In this document: in pieces, positions 26,605 through 39,303 of the stretch
Layout of the letters: every line of letters starts with the position of its first letter
Numbering within the stretch: the first letter of the stretch is position 1
Source of the DNA: Escherichia coli
GTDB taxonomy: Bacteria > Pseudomonadota > Gammaproteobacteria > Enterobacterales > Enterobacteriaceae
Length of the DNA stretch: 64,000 nucleotides
NCBI RefSeq assembly: GCF_003790525.1
Contig: NZ_CP033635.1
Strand: one strand, 5' to 3'
The notes under the pieces: model-generated
The model's database searches: none
What the model saw: only the letters and a program-made list of their open reading frames with translations
Told to the model about the DNA's origin: nothing
Program-made: the position numbers and the translations under genes

Positions 26605-27027
26605 TTACTCCCGACCGCTGCGCACTTTGCCGCGCATCGCCTTCACGCTTGATTTTTGTGCCTTCGATGCCAGCCTGCGCTCTTTTGATGCGCGGGTGGG
26701 CCGCGTGGGTCGTCGGGCTTTTTGTTCTGTTGTTAATTCTTTAATCACTGCCACCAACCGGGCCAGCGCCGCTTCGCGGTTGAGCTCCTGACTACGGTAT
26801 TCCTGCGCCTTAATGACAATCACGCCATCGCTGCTGATTAAATGATGGCTGGCGGCGAGCAGGCGCTCTTTGTAATACTCTGGCAGGCTGGACGCCCGAA
26901 TGTCAAAACGCAGATGAATGGCCGTTGAGGTCTTATTAACATGCTGCCCGCCCGCGCCCTGCGCACGAATGGCGGTGATCTCAAGCTCACCATCGGGGAT
27001 AGCAACATGTCGGGAAATCACAATCAT
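26605..27027 (-). CDS. arfB: Peptidyl-tRNA hydrolase ArfB (YaeJ), alternative ribosome-rescue factor, 140 aa
   Basis: GGQ motif ([10 protein letters not shown]) and basic C-terminal tail. Confidence 0.92.
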   Translation of the reverse strand: MIVISRHVAIPDGELEITAIRAQGAGGQHVNKTSTAIHLRFDIRASSLPEYYKERLLAASHHLISSDGVIVIKAQEYRSQELNREAALARLVAVIKELTTEQKARRPTRPTRASKERRLASKAQKSSVKAMRGKVRSGRE

Positions 27028-27569
27028 GAAGGTTGTTGCCAGGCGGTTAAGTTCACTTCCAGATTATTCTTATCATCCGATAACCAGATCACGCCATCCT
27101 GAATCGTTGCCTGCAGCGTCATGGTACGATCGGCAAAGGCGCTCACTTTCGCCAGCTGCTCGTCGTCCAGATACCAGACGGAAAGATTGGCAAACTGCGC
27201 ACATTTGCTCTGATTTTGCTGCCACCAGATTTGCGCCGCCCGACTATTATAGGCAAACAGCGCCACTTCTGCGGCCTGAGTGCAGGCTTTCTTAATCCGT
27301 CGCTCATCCGGCAGCCCCAGTTCAATCCATAAATCAATGCCCAGGTGATCGTTACGCAGCCACGCTTCCGGCTCATCATCGGCACACAAACCTCGGGTAA
27401 ATTGCAGACGTTCATCAGCATATTTCAGCCACGCCAGCAGGCGCAGCATCATGCGCTCCTGGGTTTCTGAAGGATGGCGCGCCAGCGTCAGAGAGGCATC
27501 GAGAAACTGGTTGCGGTCGAGATCGGCCACATTAACCGTCGCTTTATAAATTGTCGCTTTAAGCGCCAT
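27024..27569 (-). CDS. yaeQ: Conserved protein YaeQ, 181 aa
   Basis: ORF translation [22 protein letters not shown]...; ATGA overlap with arfB start. Confidence 0.88.
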   Translation of the reverse strand: MALKATIYKATVNVADLDRNQFLDASLTLARHPSETQERMMLRLLAWLKYADERLQFTRGLCADDEPEAWLRNDHLGIDLWIELGLPDERRIKKACTQAAEVALFAYNSRAAQIWWQQNQSKCAQFANLSVWYLDDEQLAKVSAFADRTMTLQATIQDGVIWLSDDKNNLEVNLTAWQQPS

Positions 27570-27734
27570 AAGAAAACTCCTTTCGAATCAGGAGGCCATT
27601 GTAACGGAATACGTGCAGTTGCGACGCTGATATTGCAGAAATGAGTGTGGTATAGTCACCTTGCGAAACAGAGTTTATCTTCGTAGGCTTAGACTTGCAT
27701 CCACGGTTAAGTCAGAGTGCTGACAGGAGGGCAT

Positions 27735-27935
27735 GTGGAAAAATATTGTGAGTTAATACGCAAGCGGTACGCGGAAATCGCCAGCGGAGACTTAGGATAC
27801 GTTCCGGACGCGCTGGGCTGCGTTTTGAAAGTGCTGAATGAAATGGCTGCCGACGACGCCCTTTCTGAGGCTGTCAGGGAAAAAGCAGCATACGCTGCGG
27901 CAAACTTACTGGTGAGCGATTATGTCAATGAATGA
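27735..27935 (+). CDS. yaeP: Small conserved protein YaeP (UPF0253), 66 aa
   Basis: ORF 27717..27935; GTG start preceded by AGGAGG; product (M)[25 protein letters not shown]... Confidence 0.75.
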
Positions 27936-28182
27936 TACGTATCAACCAATCAATTGTGATGATTACGATAATCTTGAGCTCGCCTGCCAGCATCATTTAA
28001 TGCTGACACTTGAGCTGAAAGATGGCGAAAAATTGCAGGCGAAGGCCAGCGATTTAGTCTCCCGCAAAAATGTGGAGTATCTGGTCGTCGAGGCCGCTGG
28101 TACAACCCGCGAGCTGCGTCTGGATAAAATTACCAGCTTTAGCCACCCGGAAATCGGTACGGTGGTGGTGAGCGAGTCCTGA
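27928..28182 (+). CDS. rof: Rho-binding antiterminator Rof (YaeO), 84 aa
   Basis: ORF 27922..28182; trimmed to [23 protein letters not shown]...; 8-nt overlap with yaeP. Confidence 0.85.
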
Positions 28183-28188
28183 TTGACT

Positions 28189-28225
28189 TTCGCCGGATGC
28201 GACGTTTGATGCGTCTTATCCGGCT
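28189..28225. repeat. REP element between convergent rof and tilS
   Basis: tcgccggatgcgacgtttgatgcgtcttatccggc palindromic REP-type sequence. Confidence 0.7.
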
Positions 28226-28230
28226 TTCAC

Positions 28231-29529
28231 TTAACTAAGCGTTTTCTGCCAGACAAAACTGACGCCATTCTCACCTTCAGCCACACCTTCTTGCGTCACA
28301 AATACCCCTGCCGCCGCAATCAACGTTTCGCCATAAAACAGCAGTGGCGTGGTGTCACGTAGCCACGGCGGCACACCCAGCTCTTGCCAGATTTTCTTCA
28401 GCTTACGTCCGCCATTGCGCCCGACAATATGCAGCAATCCAGGCGCTTTGAAACGCACGCTGACCGCTTCGTCTGCACGCGGAGGGCGAATATCGCCTCC
28501 CGCAGTAAGCTGTACACTTCCCAGTCCCGCCGGTAATTCCAGCGGTTGTAGCCACGTCTGCCACGGCACAATGGTTTCGCTTTGCCCGGCAACGGATTTA
28601 ATCCACCACAGTTGCGATTGATAGCGGCGGATTTCAAACGCCCCCAAACGTAAACAGGGGGAAGCATCTTCTCGCGCCAGCGCCACTTCCTGCCAGATCC
28701 TCACCAACGCGTCGCGGGAAGGCATCGGTGCATTCTGCCCTGCCAGCCAGCGGCGGATAATCGCCGCGCGACGGGCATCACTCATCGCCAGCATTGGCGC
28801 AATCTGCAGCGTCCCCTGCGGCGTTTGACAGTGTGCTAAATCATCTGCCAGCAGTTCATCCAGCAGGCTCTCTTGCTCAGCACAAAGTGCAGCGCTGCGG
28901 GCCGTTGCTTCGGCAAAATGCGGCCAACGCTGCTGCAATAACGGCACTACGCGCAGGCGCAGAAAGTTACGATCGTATGAGTCGTCCTGATTACTTTCGT
29001 CTTCAATCCAGCGTAAACCATGCGCCAATGCCCACTGCTCCAGTTCCCCCCGCGTGCGGGCGAGCAACGGGCGGATAAGCTGTGTTCCGGCAAACTCCGA
29101 AACTTCCCCCATAGCCGAAAGCCCGGCAGGGCCGCTACCGCGTTTTAGCGCCAGCAGAAAGGTTTCACATTGGTCGTCGAGATGTTGCGCGGTGACCAGC
29201 ACTTCACCGGGTAACAGGGTACGAGCAAATGCCTGATAACGCACCTGCCGCGCCTGGGCCTCAATGCCCAGTCCTTCTTGCGCAAGTTGCACGCGCTCGA
29301 CCACCAGCGGCACCTGCCACTGTTGGCAGATGTTCTCGCAATGCCTAACCCAGGCATCGGCATTGGCACTTAAACCGTGATGCACATGGATAGCGCGTAG
29401 AGTGACGCCCGGATTTTCCGTCCGCCACTGCACCAACTGATGCAGCAGAACGGTGGAGTCAAGCCCGCCGCTAAAGGCCACCAGAATCTGGCGTGAGGAG
29501 AGAAGTTGTCTATTGAGCGTGAGTGTCAT
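28231..29529 (-). CDS. tilS: tRNA(Ile)-lysidine synthetase, 432 aa
   Basis: PP-loop motif SGGLDS near N-terminus ([15 protein letters not shown]). Confidence 0.92.
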   Translation of the reverse strand: MTLTLNRQLLSSRQILVAFSGGLDSTVLLHQLVQWRTENPGVTLRAIHVHHGLSANADAWVRHCENICQQWQVPLVVERVQLAQEGLGIEAQARQVRYQAFARTLLPGEVLVTAQHLDDQCETFLLALKRGSGPAGLSAMGEVSEFAGTQLIRPLLARTRGELEQWALAHGLRWIEDESNQDDSYDRNFLRLRVVPLLQQRWPHFAEATARSAALCAEQESLLDELLADDLAHCQTPQGTLQIAPMLAMSDARRAAIIRRWLAGQNAPMPSRDALVRIWQEVALAREDASPCLRLGAFEIRRYQSQLWWIKSVAGQSETIVPWQTWLQPLELPAGLGSVQLTAGGDIRPPRADEAVSVRFKAPGLLHIVGRNGGRKLKKIWQELGVPPWLRDTTPLLFYGETLIAAAGVFVTQEGVAEGENGVSFVWQKTLS

Positions 29530-29593
29530 GATGATGCGATTTTACAGTAGCAATGCCCGGCACGTTACCGGGCAAATATGGCGATGACAAGCC

Positions 29594-29983
29594 TTACTGC
29601 TCATACAGTTCCAACGGCAGTCCGTCCGGATCGTTAAAGAACGTGAAGCGTTTTTGCGTGTAGGGATCGACACGGATGGCTTCACACTTCACGTTATGGC
29701 TTTCAAGGTACGCCACTGCCGCATCGATATCATCAACGCTAAAAGCCAGATGACGCAGGCCGCAAGCTTCCGGTCGGCTGGGGCGCTCCGGCGGGAACGG
29801 AAATGAGAAAAGCTCAATCACATATTGCCCATTAAGCGCCAAATCCCCTTTCCACGAATCGCGCGCTTCGCGATAGACTTCGCTTTGCAGCGTGAAACCA
29901 AGAATATCGCAGTAAAACGCTTTGCTCACCGCATAATCCGTCGCAATAATCGCAATATGGTGAACCTGTTTTAAACCCAGCAT
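29594..29983 (-). CDS. yaeR: Glyoxalase/bleomycin-resistance (VOC) family protein YaeR, 129 aa
   Basis: ORF 29594..30010; start chosen at MLGLKQVHHIAIIATDYAVSKAFY... Confidence 0.82.
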   Translation of the reverse strand: MLGLKQVHHIAIIATDYAVSKAFYCDILGFTLQSEVYREARDSWKGDLALNGQYVIELFSFPFPPERPSRPEACGLRHLAFSVDDIDAAVAYLESHNVKCEAIRVDPYTQKRFTFFNDPDGLPLELYEQ

Positions 29984-30039
29984 AACGTCTCCTTTATTTG
30001 TTAACAGCACGTTACTCGCCCGGAAGCCGCTCTGGCAAG

Positions 30040-32181
30040 TTATCCCGCCATTTTTAGGACTCGTACGCGGTAAATGCCGTCTTCGTCCTGTTTCGCGCCG
30101 TGAATATCCGTTTCAAAACCGGGGTAATGTTGCCCTACGGAACAAAGCATCAGTAGAAAATCGAGTACCGTGCGGCTCTCTTCGGTCAGCATTTCTCCAG
30201 GCATCAACAGCGGTACGCCGGGTGGATAAGGCAGGATCATATTTGCCGATACTCTACCGACCAGTTGTTCCAGCGCAATGGTTTCTACTTCACCTTTAAT
30301 CTGTCTCTGCCATGCCTGATGTGGCGTCATGATCATCTCCGGCAAGGTATCAAATGCCCGCAACATCAAACCGGGAAGATCGTGTTTACGAATCAGCTTA
30401 TGGATCCCTTGCGCCAGATCCTGAATACGCATACTGCGGTAGAAATCGGGATCTTCTGCATAGAGATCGGGCAGCATATTTTTGATCCGCAGGTTGAGAT
30501 CGTAAGAGCGCTTAAATTCCGTCAACCCACGCAATAATCCCATTGCTTTGGTTTTATCGATGCCAATACTAAAGAGAAACAGCAGGTTATAAGGGCCGGT
30601 TTTCTCTACTACGATCCCACGTTCGTCGAGGAATTTTGCCACCAGCGCCGCCGGGATCCCCTCCTCGCTCATATTGCCCTGCTCGTCCATCCCCGGTGTC
30701 AAAATAGTGACTTTAACCGGATCGAGAAACATATGATCGGCATCCGCATCGTTAAAGCCGTGCCACTGTTCGCCAGGCGCAACGGGCCAGCATTCGGCTT
30801 CATCCACCTGCGGCGGTTGCCAGATATCGAAAAACCAACCGTCAGACTCTTCCCGCAGCCGCTGGACCTCTTTGCGAAAATGCAGCGCCCGCTCCACCGA
30901 ACGGTTAATCAGCCGTTTGCCCGGATTACCACGCAGCATCGCCGCCGCCGTCTCAACCGAAGCAACAATGGGATAACTGGGCGAGGTGGTGGTATGCATC
31001 ATAAAGGCTTCGTTAAACGCCTCTTCGTCATACTCGCCTTTAATGTGGATCAGCGAAGCCTGCGATAACGCCGCCAGCATTTTGTGGGTCGATTGCGTTT
31101 CGAAGATCACTTTTCCCGCAACACGCTCGCCGCTCATACCACTTTTACCCTGGTAGATCGGATGAAAATGGGTGTACGGCACCCAGGCAGAATCGCAGTG
31201 AATCGACGGGACATCCAGCGTCTGTTTGATCCAGTCGGTGTTGTAGAGCAAGCCATCATAGGTGGAGTTGGTAATCACCGCATGAACCGGCCATTGTGCT
31301 TGCGTGGTAGCAGCGACTTTCTCTTCGATACTGTCGCGAGAAAATTCACGGCGCGGGATCCCACCAAGAATCCCCAACGCATTACGTGTTGGTTTTAGCC
31401 AGACCGGCACTACATCGTTCATCATCAACAGATGCGCCAGCGATTTATGACAATTGCGGTCAATTAACAGCGTACTGCCGGATGGCGCGGCGTACATACC
31501 CACAATTTTGTTCGACGTCGATGTTCCGTTGGTGACGATATAACTCTGTTCCGCGCCAAACGTCCGCGCGATGTACTCTTCCGCTTCCAGGTGTGGCCCG
31601 GTGTGGTCGAGCAACGAACCAAGCTCGGTGACCGAAATAGAGACGTCCGCCTTGAGGGTATTCCCGCCGAAAAAATCATAAAACAGACAGCCAACCGGGC
31701 TTTTTTGATATGCGGTGCCGCCCATATGCCCCGGCGTACAAAAGGTGTACTTCCGCTCTTTGACGTAGGTAAACAAGGCTTTCGTGAACGGCGGCGTAAT
31801 GTTATCAAGATATTCGTTGGTGTACTGACGCATACGAATGGCGATATCTTCCGCCTGCCCCAGCGCATATTCAAAAAACCAGAGCGCCATCCGCATATCC
31901 TGCACGCTGACATCCATCGTCGAGTGGGTGTTGATGAAGGCATAAAGCGGGAGATATTCATTAAGCTGATTGATATCGCTACATAAATCGAGACTGTACT
32001 CATCCCAGTCAAAAATCACGCCGCAAATTCGAGGGTTATGTTCGATAAATTTCAGCAAATCAACGCTGTTTTGTGGCCAGATAATCTGAAAGCCTTGCGC
32101 CACCAGCGCCGACTCCAGTTCTTTGATGGGCTCATCTTTATAAAAGACGCCATGCGGTCCCATAATGGCAATGATGTTCAT
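30040..32181 (-). CDS. ldcC: Constitutive lysine decarboxylase LdcC, 713 aa
   Basis: ORF translation MNIIAIMGPHGVFYKDEPIKELE...; PLP fold-I decarboxylase (SxHK motif STHKML). Confidence 0.93.
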   Translation of the reverse strand: MNIIAIMGPHGVFYKDEPIKELESALVAQGFQIIWPQNSVDLLKFIEHNPRICGVIFDWDEYSLDLCSDINQLNEYLPLYAFINTHSTMDVSVQDMRMALWFFEYALGQAEDIAIRMRQYTNEYLDNITPPFTKALFTYVKERKYTFCTPGHMGGTAYQKSPVGCLFYDFFGGNTLKADVSISVTELGSLLDHTGPHLEAEEYIARTFGAEQSYIVTNGTSTSNKIVGMYAAPSGSTLLIDRNCHKSLAHLLMMNDVVPVWLKPTRNALGILGGIPRREFSRDSIEEKVAATTQAQWPVHAVITNSTYDGLLYNTDWIKQTLDVPSIHCDSAWVPYTHFHPIYQGKSGMSGERVAGKVIFETQSTHKMLAALSQASLIHIKGEYDEEAFNEAFMMHTTTSPSYPIVASVETAAAMLRGNPGKRLINRSVERALHFRKEVQRLREESDGWFFDIWQPPQVDEAECWPVAPGEQWHGFNDADADHMFLDPVKVTILTPGMDEQGNMSEEGIPAALVAKFLDERGIVVEKTGPYNLLFLFSIGIDKTKAMGLLRGLTEFKRSYDLNLRIKNMLPDLYAEDPDFYRSMRIQDLAQGIHKLIRKHDLPGLMLRAFDTLPEMIMTPHQAWQRQIKGEVETIALEQLVGRVSANMILPYPPGVPLLMPGEMLTEESRTVLDFLLMLCSVGQHYPGFETDIHGAKQDEDGIYRVRVLKMAG

Positions 32182-32232
32182 GTGTTCCTCCTGGAAAATC
32201 CTTCCTTAATCATAGCCTGCTCAAACCGTGGC

Positions 32233-32262
32233 GATAAAAAAGGGCCACCGAAGTGACCCTTT
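32233..32262 (-). terminator. accA intrinsic terminator
   Basis: On minus strand: AAGGGTCAC-ttcg-GTGGCCCTT followed by TTTTTTATC, 17 nt after accA stop. Confidence 0.7.
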
Positions 32263-32279
32263 TTCAGAACTTTTGCGAA

Positions 32280-33239
32280 TTACGCGTAACCGTAGCTCAT
32301 CAGGCGCTGATAACGACGATTTTTTAAATCTTCAGTGCTTAACACGTCGAGATCGGCCAGATCCGCCAGCAGTTGCGCTTTCAACGATGCCGCCATCGCT
32401 TCCGGGTTACGATGAGCGCCGCCCAGCGGTTCCGGGATGATGGAGTCGATCAGTTTCAGCTCTTTCAGGCGCGGAGCGATGATACCCATCGCTTCAGCCG
32501 CCAACGGCGCTTTGTCGGCGCTCTTCCACAGAATGGACGCGCAACCTTCCGGCGAGATAACGGAATAGGTGCTGTATTGCAGCATATTCACTTTATCGCC
32601 CACGCCAATCGCCAGCGCACCACCAGAACCACCTTCACCGATAACGGTACAAATAGTCGGTACGCTAAGGCGAGACATTTCACGCAGGTTGCGTGCAATG
32701 GCTTCAGACTGACCGCGCTCTTCTGCGCCCACGCCCGGATAAGCCCCCGGGGTGTCGATAAAGGTGATGATAGGCATTTTAAAACGTTCAGCCATTTGCA
32801 TCAGACGCAGTGCTTTGCGGTAACCTTCTGGCGCTGGCATACCAAAGTTACGGCGAATTTTTTCTTTGGTTTCACGACCTTTTTGATGACCAATGATCAT
32901 CACCGGACGACCATCGAGACGGGCGATACCACCGACGATAGCTTTATCGTCTGCATACGCGCGGTCGCCAGCCAGTTCGTCAAATTCATCAAATGCCAGG
33001 CGAACGTAATCCAGGGTATAAGGACGCTGTGGATGGCGTGCCAGTTGCGCAATCTGCCATGCACCGAGATCGGCGAAGATTTTACGCGTCAGTTCTACGC
33101 TTTTTTCACGCAGACGATGCACTTCTTCATCGATGTTAATATCCAGTTTCTCATCCTGGCGGCTAACCGCAGTCAGAGAATCGATTTTCGCTTCCAGCTC
33201 TGCAATCGGCTGTTCAAAATCAAGGAAATTCAGACTCAT
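32280..33239 (-). CDS. accA: Acetyl-CoA carboxylase carboxyltransferase alpha subunit, 319 aa
   Basis: ORF translation [22 protein letters not shown]... Confidence 0.95.
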
Positions 33240-33251
33240 AGTATTCCTGTA

Positions 33252-36200
33252 TTAGTCAAACTCCAGTTCCACCTGCTCCGAACCAATGAGGCCACGGAGA
33301 TCGTTTAATAAACGATCGCTCGGAGAGACACGCCACGTCGCGCCAAAACGCAACCGCGCGCGTGCATCCGCCCTCTGATAGTAGAGATGTACTGGAATTG
33401 TCCCAGAGCGGTGGGGTTCCAGAGACTGACGGAGTCGGTTTAAAAGCTGGTCATCAATTTGCCTGTCCGTCAGCGAGATAGCAAGCCCGCGAGCATATTT
33501 TTCCCGGGCTTCGTCAATATCCATCACTTCGCGAGCGGTCATTTTAAGCCCACCGCTGAAGTCATCAAAGCTGACCTGTCCGCTGACGATAAGTATGCGG
33601 TCTTTTTCCAGCAATTGCTGGTATTTATCCAGGGCGTCAGTAAACAACATCACTTCCAGCCGCCCGGAACGGTCATCCAGCGTGCAGATACCGATACGAT
33701 TGCCGCGCTTGGTGACCATAACCCGCGCAGCAACAACGAGCCCCGCAGCCGTGATGACTTTACCACGTTCTGTCGGGTGCATGTCTTTCAGCCTTATGCC
33801 TCCGACATAACGCTCAATCTCTTTTAAATACTGGTTGATAGGGTGTCCCGTCAGGTACAGACCTAACGTTTCACGTTCCCCATCTAATACCACCTGCTCC
33901 GGCCACGGTTGGCAGCTGGCGTAGGATTGTTCAATTTGTTCCGGCTCTTCTGCCAGCACGCCGAACATATCGGCCTGACCGATGGCTTCCGCTTTTGCGT
34001 GTTGATCAGCCGCTTTTAACGCATCGCCCAGCGAGTTCATCAACGCCGCGCGGTGTGGCCCAAGACGGTCAAACGCCCCGGACATGATCAATTTTTCCAG
34101 CACTCGCCGGTTTAACTTTTTGGTGTCGGTTCGGGCGCAGAGATCAAACAGTTCGCGGAAGTAGCCGCCTTTATTACGGGCTTCGATGATGGCCTCAATC
34201 GGACCTTCACCGACCCCTTTGATCGCGCCAATACCATACACGATTTCGCCGTCGTCGTTGACGTGGAAATGGTAAAGACCGGAGTTTATATCTGGTGGCA
34301 GGATTTTCAGCCCCATCCGCCAGCACTCATCCACCAGGCCCACCACCTTCTCGGTGTTGTCCATATCGGCGGTCATTACCGCCGCCATAAACTCCGCCGG
34401 ATAGTGCGCTTTCAGCCATAACGTTTGATATGACACCAAAGCATAGGCCGCAGAGTGCGATTTGTTAAATCCGTAACCCGCGAATTTCTCCACCAGGTCG
34501 AAGATTTTCATCGCCAGTTCGGCGTTAATTCCGTTCTTTTCTGCACCTTCAGCAAATACAGAACGCTGCTTAGCCATCTCTTCCGGCTTTTTCTTACCCA
34601 TCGCACGACGCAGCATATCCGCGCCACCGAGGGTATAACCAGAAAGCACCTGGGCAATCTGCATGACCTGTTCCTGATACAGGATGATGCCGTAGGTTGG
34701 CTCCAGTACCGGTTTCAGGCTTTCATGCTGCCACTGCACGTCCGGATAGGAGATCTCTTCGCGACCATGTTTACGGTCGATAAAGTTATCCACCATCCCT
34801 GACTGCAACGGACCAGGGCGGAACAGTGCCACCAGTGCGATCATATCTTCGAAGCAGTCAGGTTGCAGACGCTTGATCAGGTCCTTCATGCCGCGCGATT
34901 CAAGCTGGAATACCGCCGTGGTTTCCGAGCGTTGCAGCATGTCGAAGCTTTTCTTGTCATCCAGCGGGATCGCGGCGATATCCAGCGGCGGCTCGCCATT
35001 CTTCGCCCGCCGCTTGTTGATCATCTCCAGCGCCCAGTTGATGATGGTGAGCGTACGCAAACCGAGGAAGTCGAACTTCACCAGCCCGGCGTATTCAACG
35101 TCGCTTTTATCAAACTGGGTGACCGGATGTTTGCCCTCTTCATCGCAGTAAAGCGGCGCAAAATCGGTAATTTTGGTCGGTGCGATAACCACCCCACCGG
35201 CGTGCTTACCGGCGTTACGGGTGACCCCTTCCAGTTTGCGCGCCATGTCGATCAGCGCCTTAACTTCTTCATCCGCTTCGTAGATTTCCGGCAGCTGCGG
35301 CTCGGCTTCAAACGCTTTCGCCAGCGTCATCCCCGGATCGGGCGGGATCAGTTTCGAGATACGATCGACAAAGCCGTACGGATGGCCCAGCACGCGGCCT
35401 ACGTCGCGGATCACCGCTTTCGCCGCCATCGTACCGAAGGTGATAATCTGCGATACCGCATCGCGACCGTACATGTCCGCCACATGTTCGATAACCTGGT
35501 CGCGTTTCTCCATACAGAAGTCAACGTCGAAGTCAGGCATGGAGACACGTTCCGGGTTAAGGAAACGTTCGAACAGCAGGTCAAATTCCAGCGGATCGAG
35601 GTCGGTGATTTTCAGCGCGTAGGCCACCAGTGAACCCGCACCGGAGCCACGGCCTGGCCCTACCGGTACGCCGTTATCTTTCGACCACTGGATAAATTCC
35701 ATAACGATGAGGAAGTAACCCGGGAAGCCCATCTGGTTGATAACCTGAAGTTCAGTCTCCAGACGCTCGTCATATTCCGGGCGGCGCTTCAGACGTTCTT
35801 CCTCGTCAGGGAATAAAAAGGCCAGACGCTCTTCCAGGCCTTCTTTTGCACGCTTGACCAGATAATCTTCGGTGCTCATGTCCCCGGTCGGGAATTGCGG
35901 CAAGAAGTATTCACCCAGACGCACAGTTACGTTACAACGTTTGGCTATCTCAACGGTGTTGGCAAGGGCTTCGGGAATGTCGGCAAAAAGCTCGCACATC
36001 TCCTCTTCGCTACGCATATATTGCTGCGGCGAATAGTTACGCGGGCGTTTAGGATCGTCGAGGGTAAAGCCGTCGTGGATCGCGACGCGGATTTCGTGTG
36101 CGTCAAAGTCGCTGCTGTCGATAAAGCGCACGTCGTTGGTCGCCACAACGGGCAAACCGCGTGATTCCGCCAGTTCCACCGCAGCGTGCAGATAGCTTTC

Positions 36201-36734
36201 TTCGTCCGGCCTGCCGGTGCGGATCAGCTCGAGAAAATAGCGATCCGGGAAGTGTTCTTCATAAAACGCGACACACTCATCTACCAGCGCGCTGTTACCA
36301 CGCAAAAGACTGCGTCCAACGTCGCCCATGCGCCCGCCGGAAAGAAGGATCAACCCTTCATTTAATTCGATAAGCCAGTCGCGATCGATGATCGGCCCGG
36401 CGGCACCGTACCCGCGCTGATACGCTTTTGAGATCAGCAACGTCAGATTCTGATAGCCGGTATTGTTCGCCGCCAGCACCGTCAGGTGGGTTAACTCATC
36501 ACCCAGCAGGTCGCACTGGACGTTAAAATCCGCCCCGACGATGGGCTTAATCCCTGCGCCATGTCCCGCTCCGTAGAACTTCACCAGACCGCAAAGGTTG
36601 GTGAAATCGGTGATCGCCAGTGCTGGCATACCCAACGCCGCCGCCTTTTTTACCAGCGGTGCGGTTTTGGCCAGGCCATCGATCATCGAGTAGTCGCTGT
36701 GCACCCGCAGGTGTACGAAACGTGGTTCAGACAT
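33252..36734 (-). CDS. dnaE: DNA polymerase III alpha subunit, 1160 aa
   Basis: ORF translation [23 protein letters not shown]...; PHP and Pol IIIalpha domains. Confidence 0.96.
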   Translation of the reverse strand: MSEPRFVHLRVHSDYSMIDGLAKTAPLVKKAAALGMPALAITDFTNLCGLVKFYGAGHGAGIKPIVGADFNVQCDLLGDELTHLTVLAANNTGYQNLTLLISKAYQRGYGAAGPIIDRDWLIELNEGLILLSGGRMGDVGRSLLRGNSALVDECVAFYEEHFPDRYFLELIRTGRPDEESYLHAAVELAESRGLPVVATNDVRFIDSSDFDAHEIRVAIHDGFTLDDPKRPRNYSPQQYMRSEEEMCELFADIPEALANTVEIAKRCNVTVRLGEYFLPQFPTGDMSTEDYLVKRAKEGLEERLAFLFPDEEERLKRRPEYDERLETELQVINQMGFPGYFLIVMEFIQWSKDNGVPVGPGRGSGAGSLVAYALKITDLDPLEFDLLFERFLNPERVSMPDFDVDFCMEKRDQVIEHVADMYGRDAVSQIITFGTMAAKAVIRDVGRVLGHPYGFVDRISKLIPPDPGMTLAKAFEAEPQLPEIYEADEEVKALIDMARKLEGVTRNAGKHAGGVVIAPTKITDFAPLYCDEEGKHPVTQFDKSDVEYAGLVKFDFLGLRTLTIINWALEMINKRRAKNGEPPLDIAAIPLDDKKSFDMLQRSETTAVFQLESRGMKDLIKRLQPDCFEDMIALVALFRPGPLQSGMVDNFIDRKHGREEISYPDVQWQHESLKPVLEPTYGIILYQEQVMQIAQVLSGYTLGGADMLRRAMGKKKPEEMAKQRSVFAEGAEKNGINAELAMKIFDLVEKFAGYGFNKSHSAAYALVSYQTLWLKAHYPAEFMAAVMTADMDNTEKVVGLVDECWRMGLKILPPDINSGLYHFHVNDDGEIVYGIGAIKGVGEGPIEAIIEARNKGGYFRELFDLCARTDTKKLNRRVLEKLIMSGAFDRLGPHRAALMNSLGDALKAADQHAKAEAIGQADMFGVLAEEPEQIEQSYASCQPWPEQVVLDGERETLGLYLTGHPINQYLKEIERYVGGIRLKDMHPTERGKVITAAGLVVAARVMVTKRGNRIGICTLDDRSGRLEVMLFTDALDKYQQLLEKDRILIVSGQVSFDDFSGGLKMTAREVMDIDEAREKYARGLAISLTDRQIDDQLLNRLRQSLEPHRSGTIPVHLYYQRADARARLRFGATWRVSPSDRLLNDLRGLIGSEQVELEFD

Positions 36735-36770
36735 CTTCAGATTCCGGTTTACTTAATCTCGACACAAGAA

Positions 36771-37367
36771 TCAGGACGCAAGTCCCAGTGCGCGTTTGAC
36801 AGGCCCAAAGCTGCGCCGATGGTGTTCGGTCGCGCCGTGTTCAGCCAGTTTTTCCAGATGAAAAGCGGTTGGATACCCTTTGTGTTGGGCAAAACCATAT
36901 TGCGGGAAAACAATATCCAGCGCCGCCATTTCGGCGTCACGCGTCACTTTCGCCAGGATAGACGCGGCACTGATTTCCGGTACGCGGCTATCGCCTTTCA
37001 CCACAGCCATCGAAGGCATCGGTAATTTCGGGCAGCGGTTACCATCAATCAACACATATTCCGGCGCAATATGCAGTCCAGCGACGGCACGCTGCATCGC
37101 CAGCATGGTCGCATGTAAAATATTCAGTTCGTCGATTTCGTGAGGTTCCGCGCGGCCCAGACTCCAGCTCAACGCTTTCTCTTTGATCTCTTCACAGAGC
37201 GCCAGACGGCGTTTTTCGCTCAGCTTTTTGGAATCATTCAGCCCGGCAATTGGGCGCGCCGGGTCAAGGATTACAGCAGCGGTAACCACCGCGCCAACCA
37301 ACGGCCCGCGTCCAACTTCATCCACACCCGCAACCAGCTGCGTGTGTGGATAAACAAATTCGATCAT
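36771..37367 (-). CDS. rnhB: Ribonuclease HII, 198 aa
   Basis: ORF translation [28 protein letters not shown]... Confidence 0.94.
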
Positions 37368-38512
37368 TGTGCTAACTCCAGAACGGCTTGTGCCGCCTGC
37401 TCATCGGCATTGCAGCGGATCTGCTGATGCAGTTCACGGAAGGTATCGTGCATCGCGTGACTGGTTTTCCCGTTCGCCAACAGCGGTAACAGCGCCGCAG
37501 CCAGTTTTTGCGGCTCACACTCTTCCTGCAATAACTCTTTGACTAACTCTCTGCCCGCCAGCAAATTTGGCAGCGAGACATACTCGGTTTTCACCAGCCG
37601 CTTCGCCAGCCAGAAGGTAAAAGGCTTCATGCGATATCCCACCACCATCGGGCATTTCGCCAGCATGCACTCCAGGGCTGCCGTACCCGACGCCAGTAGC
37701 GCCGCATCACTGGCGACCATCGCCTCACGGCCCATTCCATCCAGCAGATGAACAGCAAGGTCCGGTGCGACTTCAGCTTTGATACGCTCAAACTGCTCGC
37801 GGCGTTTGGCATTCACCAGCGGCACCACGATCTCGAGATCGGGATATGTCTGACGCAAAAGCTGGGCCGTTTTCAGGAAATCGGCACTAAGCATTTCGAC
37901 TTCTGCACCACGGCTGCCCGGCAACAATGCCAGACAGTGGGCATCGTAAGGGATACCCAGCACATCACGGGCACCATTTTTATCTGGATCTAATGGCATG
38001 GCATCAGCCATGGTATGACCGATAAAGCGGCACGGTACGTTGTATTTGTCATAAAACGCCTTTTCGAAAGGCAGAAATGCGAGCACCAGATCGGTGGCTC
38101 TGCCTATTTTGAAAACGCGTTTCTGTCGCCACGCCCAGACGGACGGACTAACGTAATGAATGGTTTTGACACCCTGCTTTTTGAGGTTACCTTCAAGAGT
38201 AATATTGAAGTCTGGCGCATCAATACCGACAAAAACATCTGGCTTCAGTTCGCCAAAACGCTTTGTCAGATCGGCACGAATATGCAGTAAGCGACGCAGA
38301 CGCCCGAGCACTTCAACAATGCCCATCACCGCCAGCTCTTCCATTTCGTACCAGGCTTCGCAGCCTTCGGCTTGCATTCGTGGCCCGGCAACACCAACAA
38401 AGCGGGCATTGGGCACACGTTCTTTCAGAGCACGGATTAAACCGGCCCCCAGGATATCGCCGGAGGTTTCTCCGGCGACCAGGGCAATCGTTAATGGACG
38501 CTGTTCAGTCAT
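37364..38512 (-). CDS. lpxB: Lipid-A-disaccharide synthase, 382 aa
   Basis: ORF translation [30 protein letters not shown]...; 4-nt overlap with rnhB start. Confidence 0.95.
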
Positions 38513-39300
38513 TAACGAATCAGACCGCGCGTTGAGCGTGCAAAGAAATCGGTAAAGGCTTTCACTTCCGGATATGTTTCCGCCAGTTCAGCAATTTCCG
38601 GTTTCACTTCATCGAGCGTTTTACCGCTACGATAAATCAGCTTATACGCATTGCGGATAGCGGTAATCGCCTCACGGCTGAATCCGCGGCGCTTCAGCCC
38701 TTCGATATTGACACCGAACGGCGTTGCGTGGTTACCCTGCGCAATGACATAAGGAGGGACGTCCTGCGCCACACCGGAGCAGCCGCCAACCATCACATGC
38801 GCACCAATGATGCAGAACTGATGGACTGCGGTCATGCCGCCGATGATCGCGAAGTCGTCAACCGATACGTGACCCGCCAGCGTTGCGTTGTTGGCGAGGA
38901 TGCAGCGGTTACCTACCGTACAATCGTGCGCAATGTGCGCATTGATCATCAGTAAGTTGTCGCTGCCCACCTTCGTCAATCCACCGCCCTGGACTGTGCC
39001 ACGATGAATGGTGACGCTTTCGCGAATGCGGTTACGATCGCCGATTTCCACGCGGGTCGGTTCGCCAGCATATTTCAGATCCTGGTTAACTTCGCCGATG
39101 GAGGCGAACTGATAAATCTCATTATCGCGGCCAATTTTAGTATGACCATTCACGACAACGTGAGATTTCAGTACGGTACCCTCACCAATTTCGACATGGG
39201 GTCCAACGATACAAAAAGGACCAATGTGAGCGTTCGCGCCAATCGACGCGCCCTCTTCCACAATGGCGGTTGGATGCACAAAGGCGGATTTATCAATCAC
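38512..39300 (-). CDS. lpxA: UDP-N-acetylglucosamine acyltransferase, 262 aa
   Basis: ORF translation [29 protein letters not shown]...; hexapeptide repeats; 1-nt overlap with lpxB start. Confidence 0.95.
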
Positions 39301-39303
39301 GTA

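Noticed and set aside
32373-35633. Antisense ORFs of 311 aa (32373..33308, opposite accA) and 256 aa (34863..35633, opposite dnaE)
   Set aside because: Arg/His-rich low-complexity translations with no recognisable fold, fully nested in well-established genes; rejected as non-coding.
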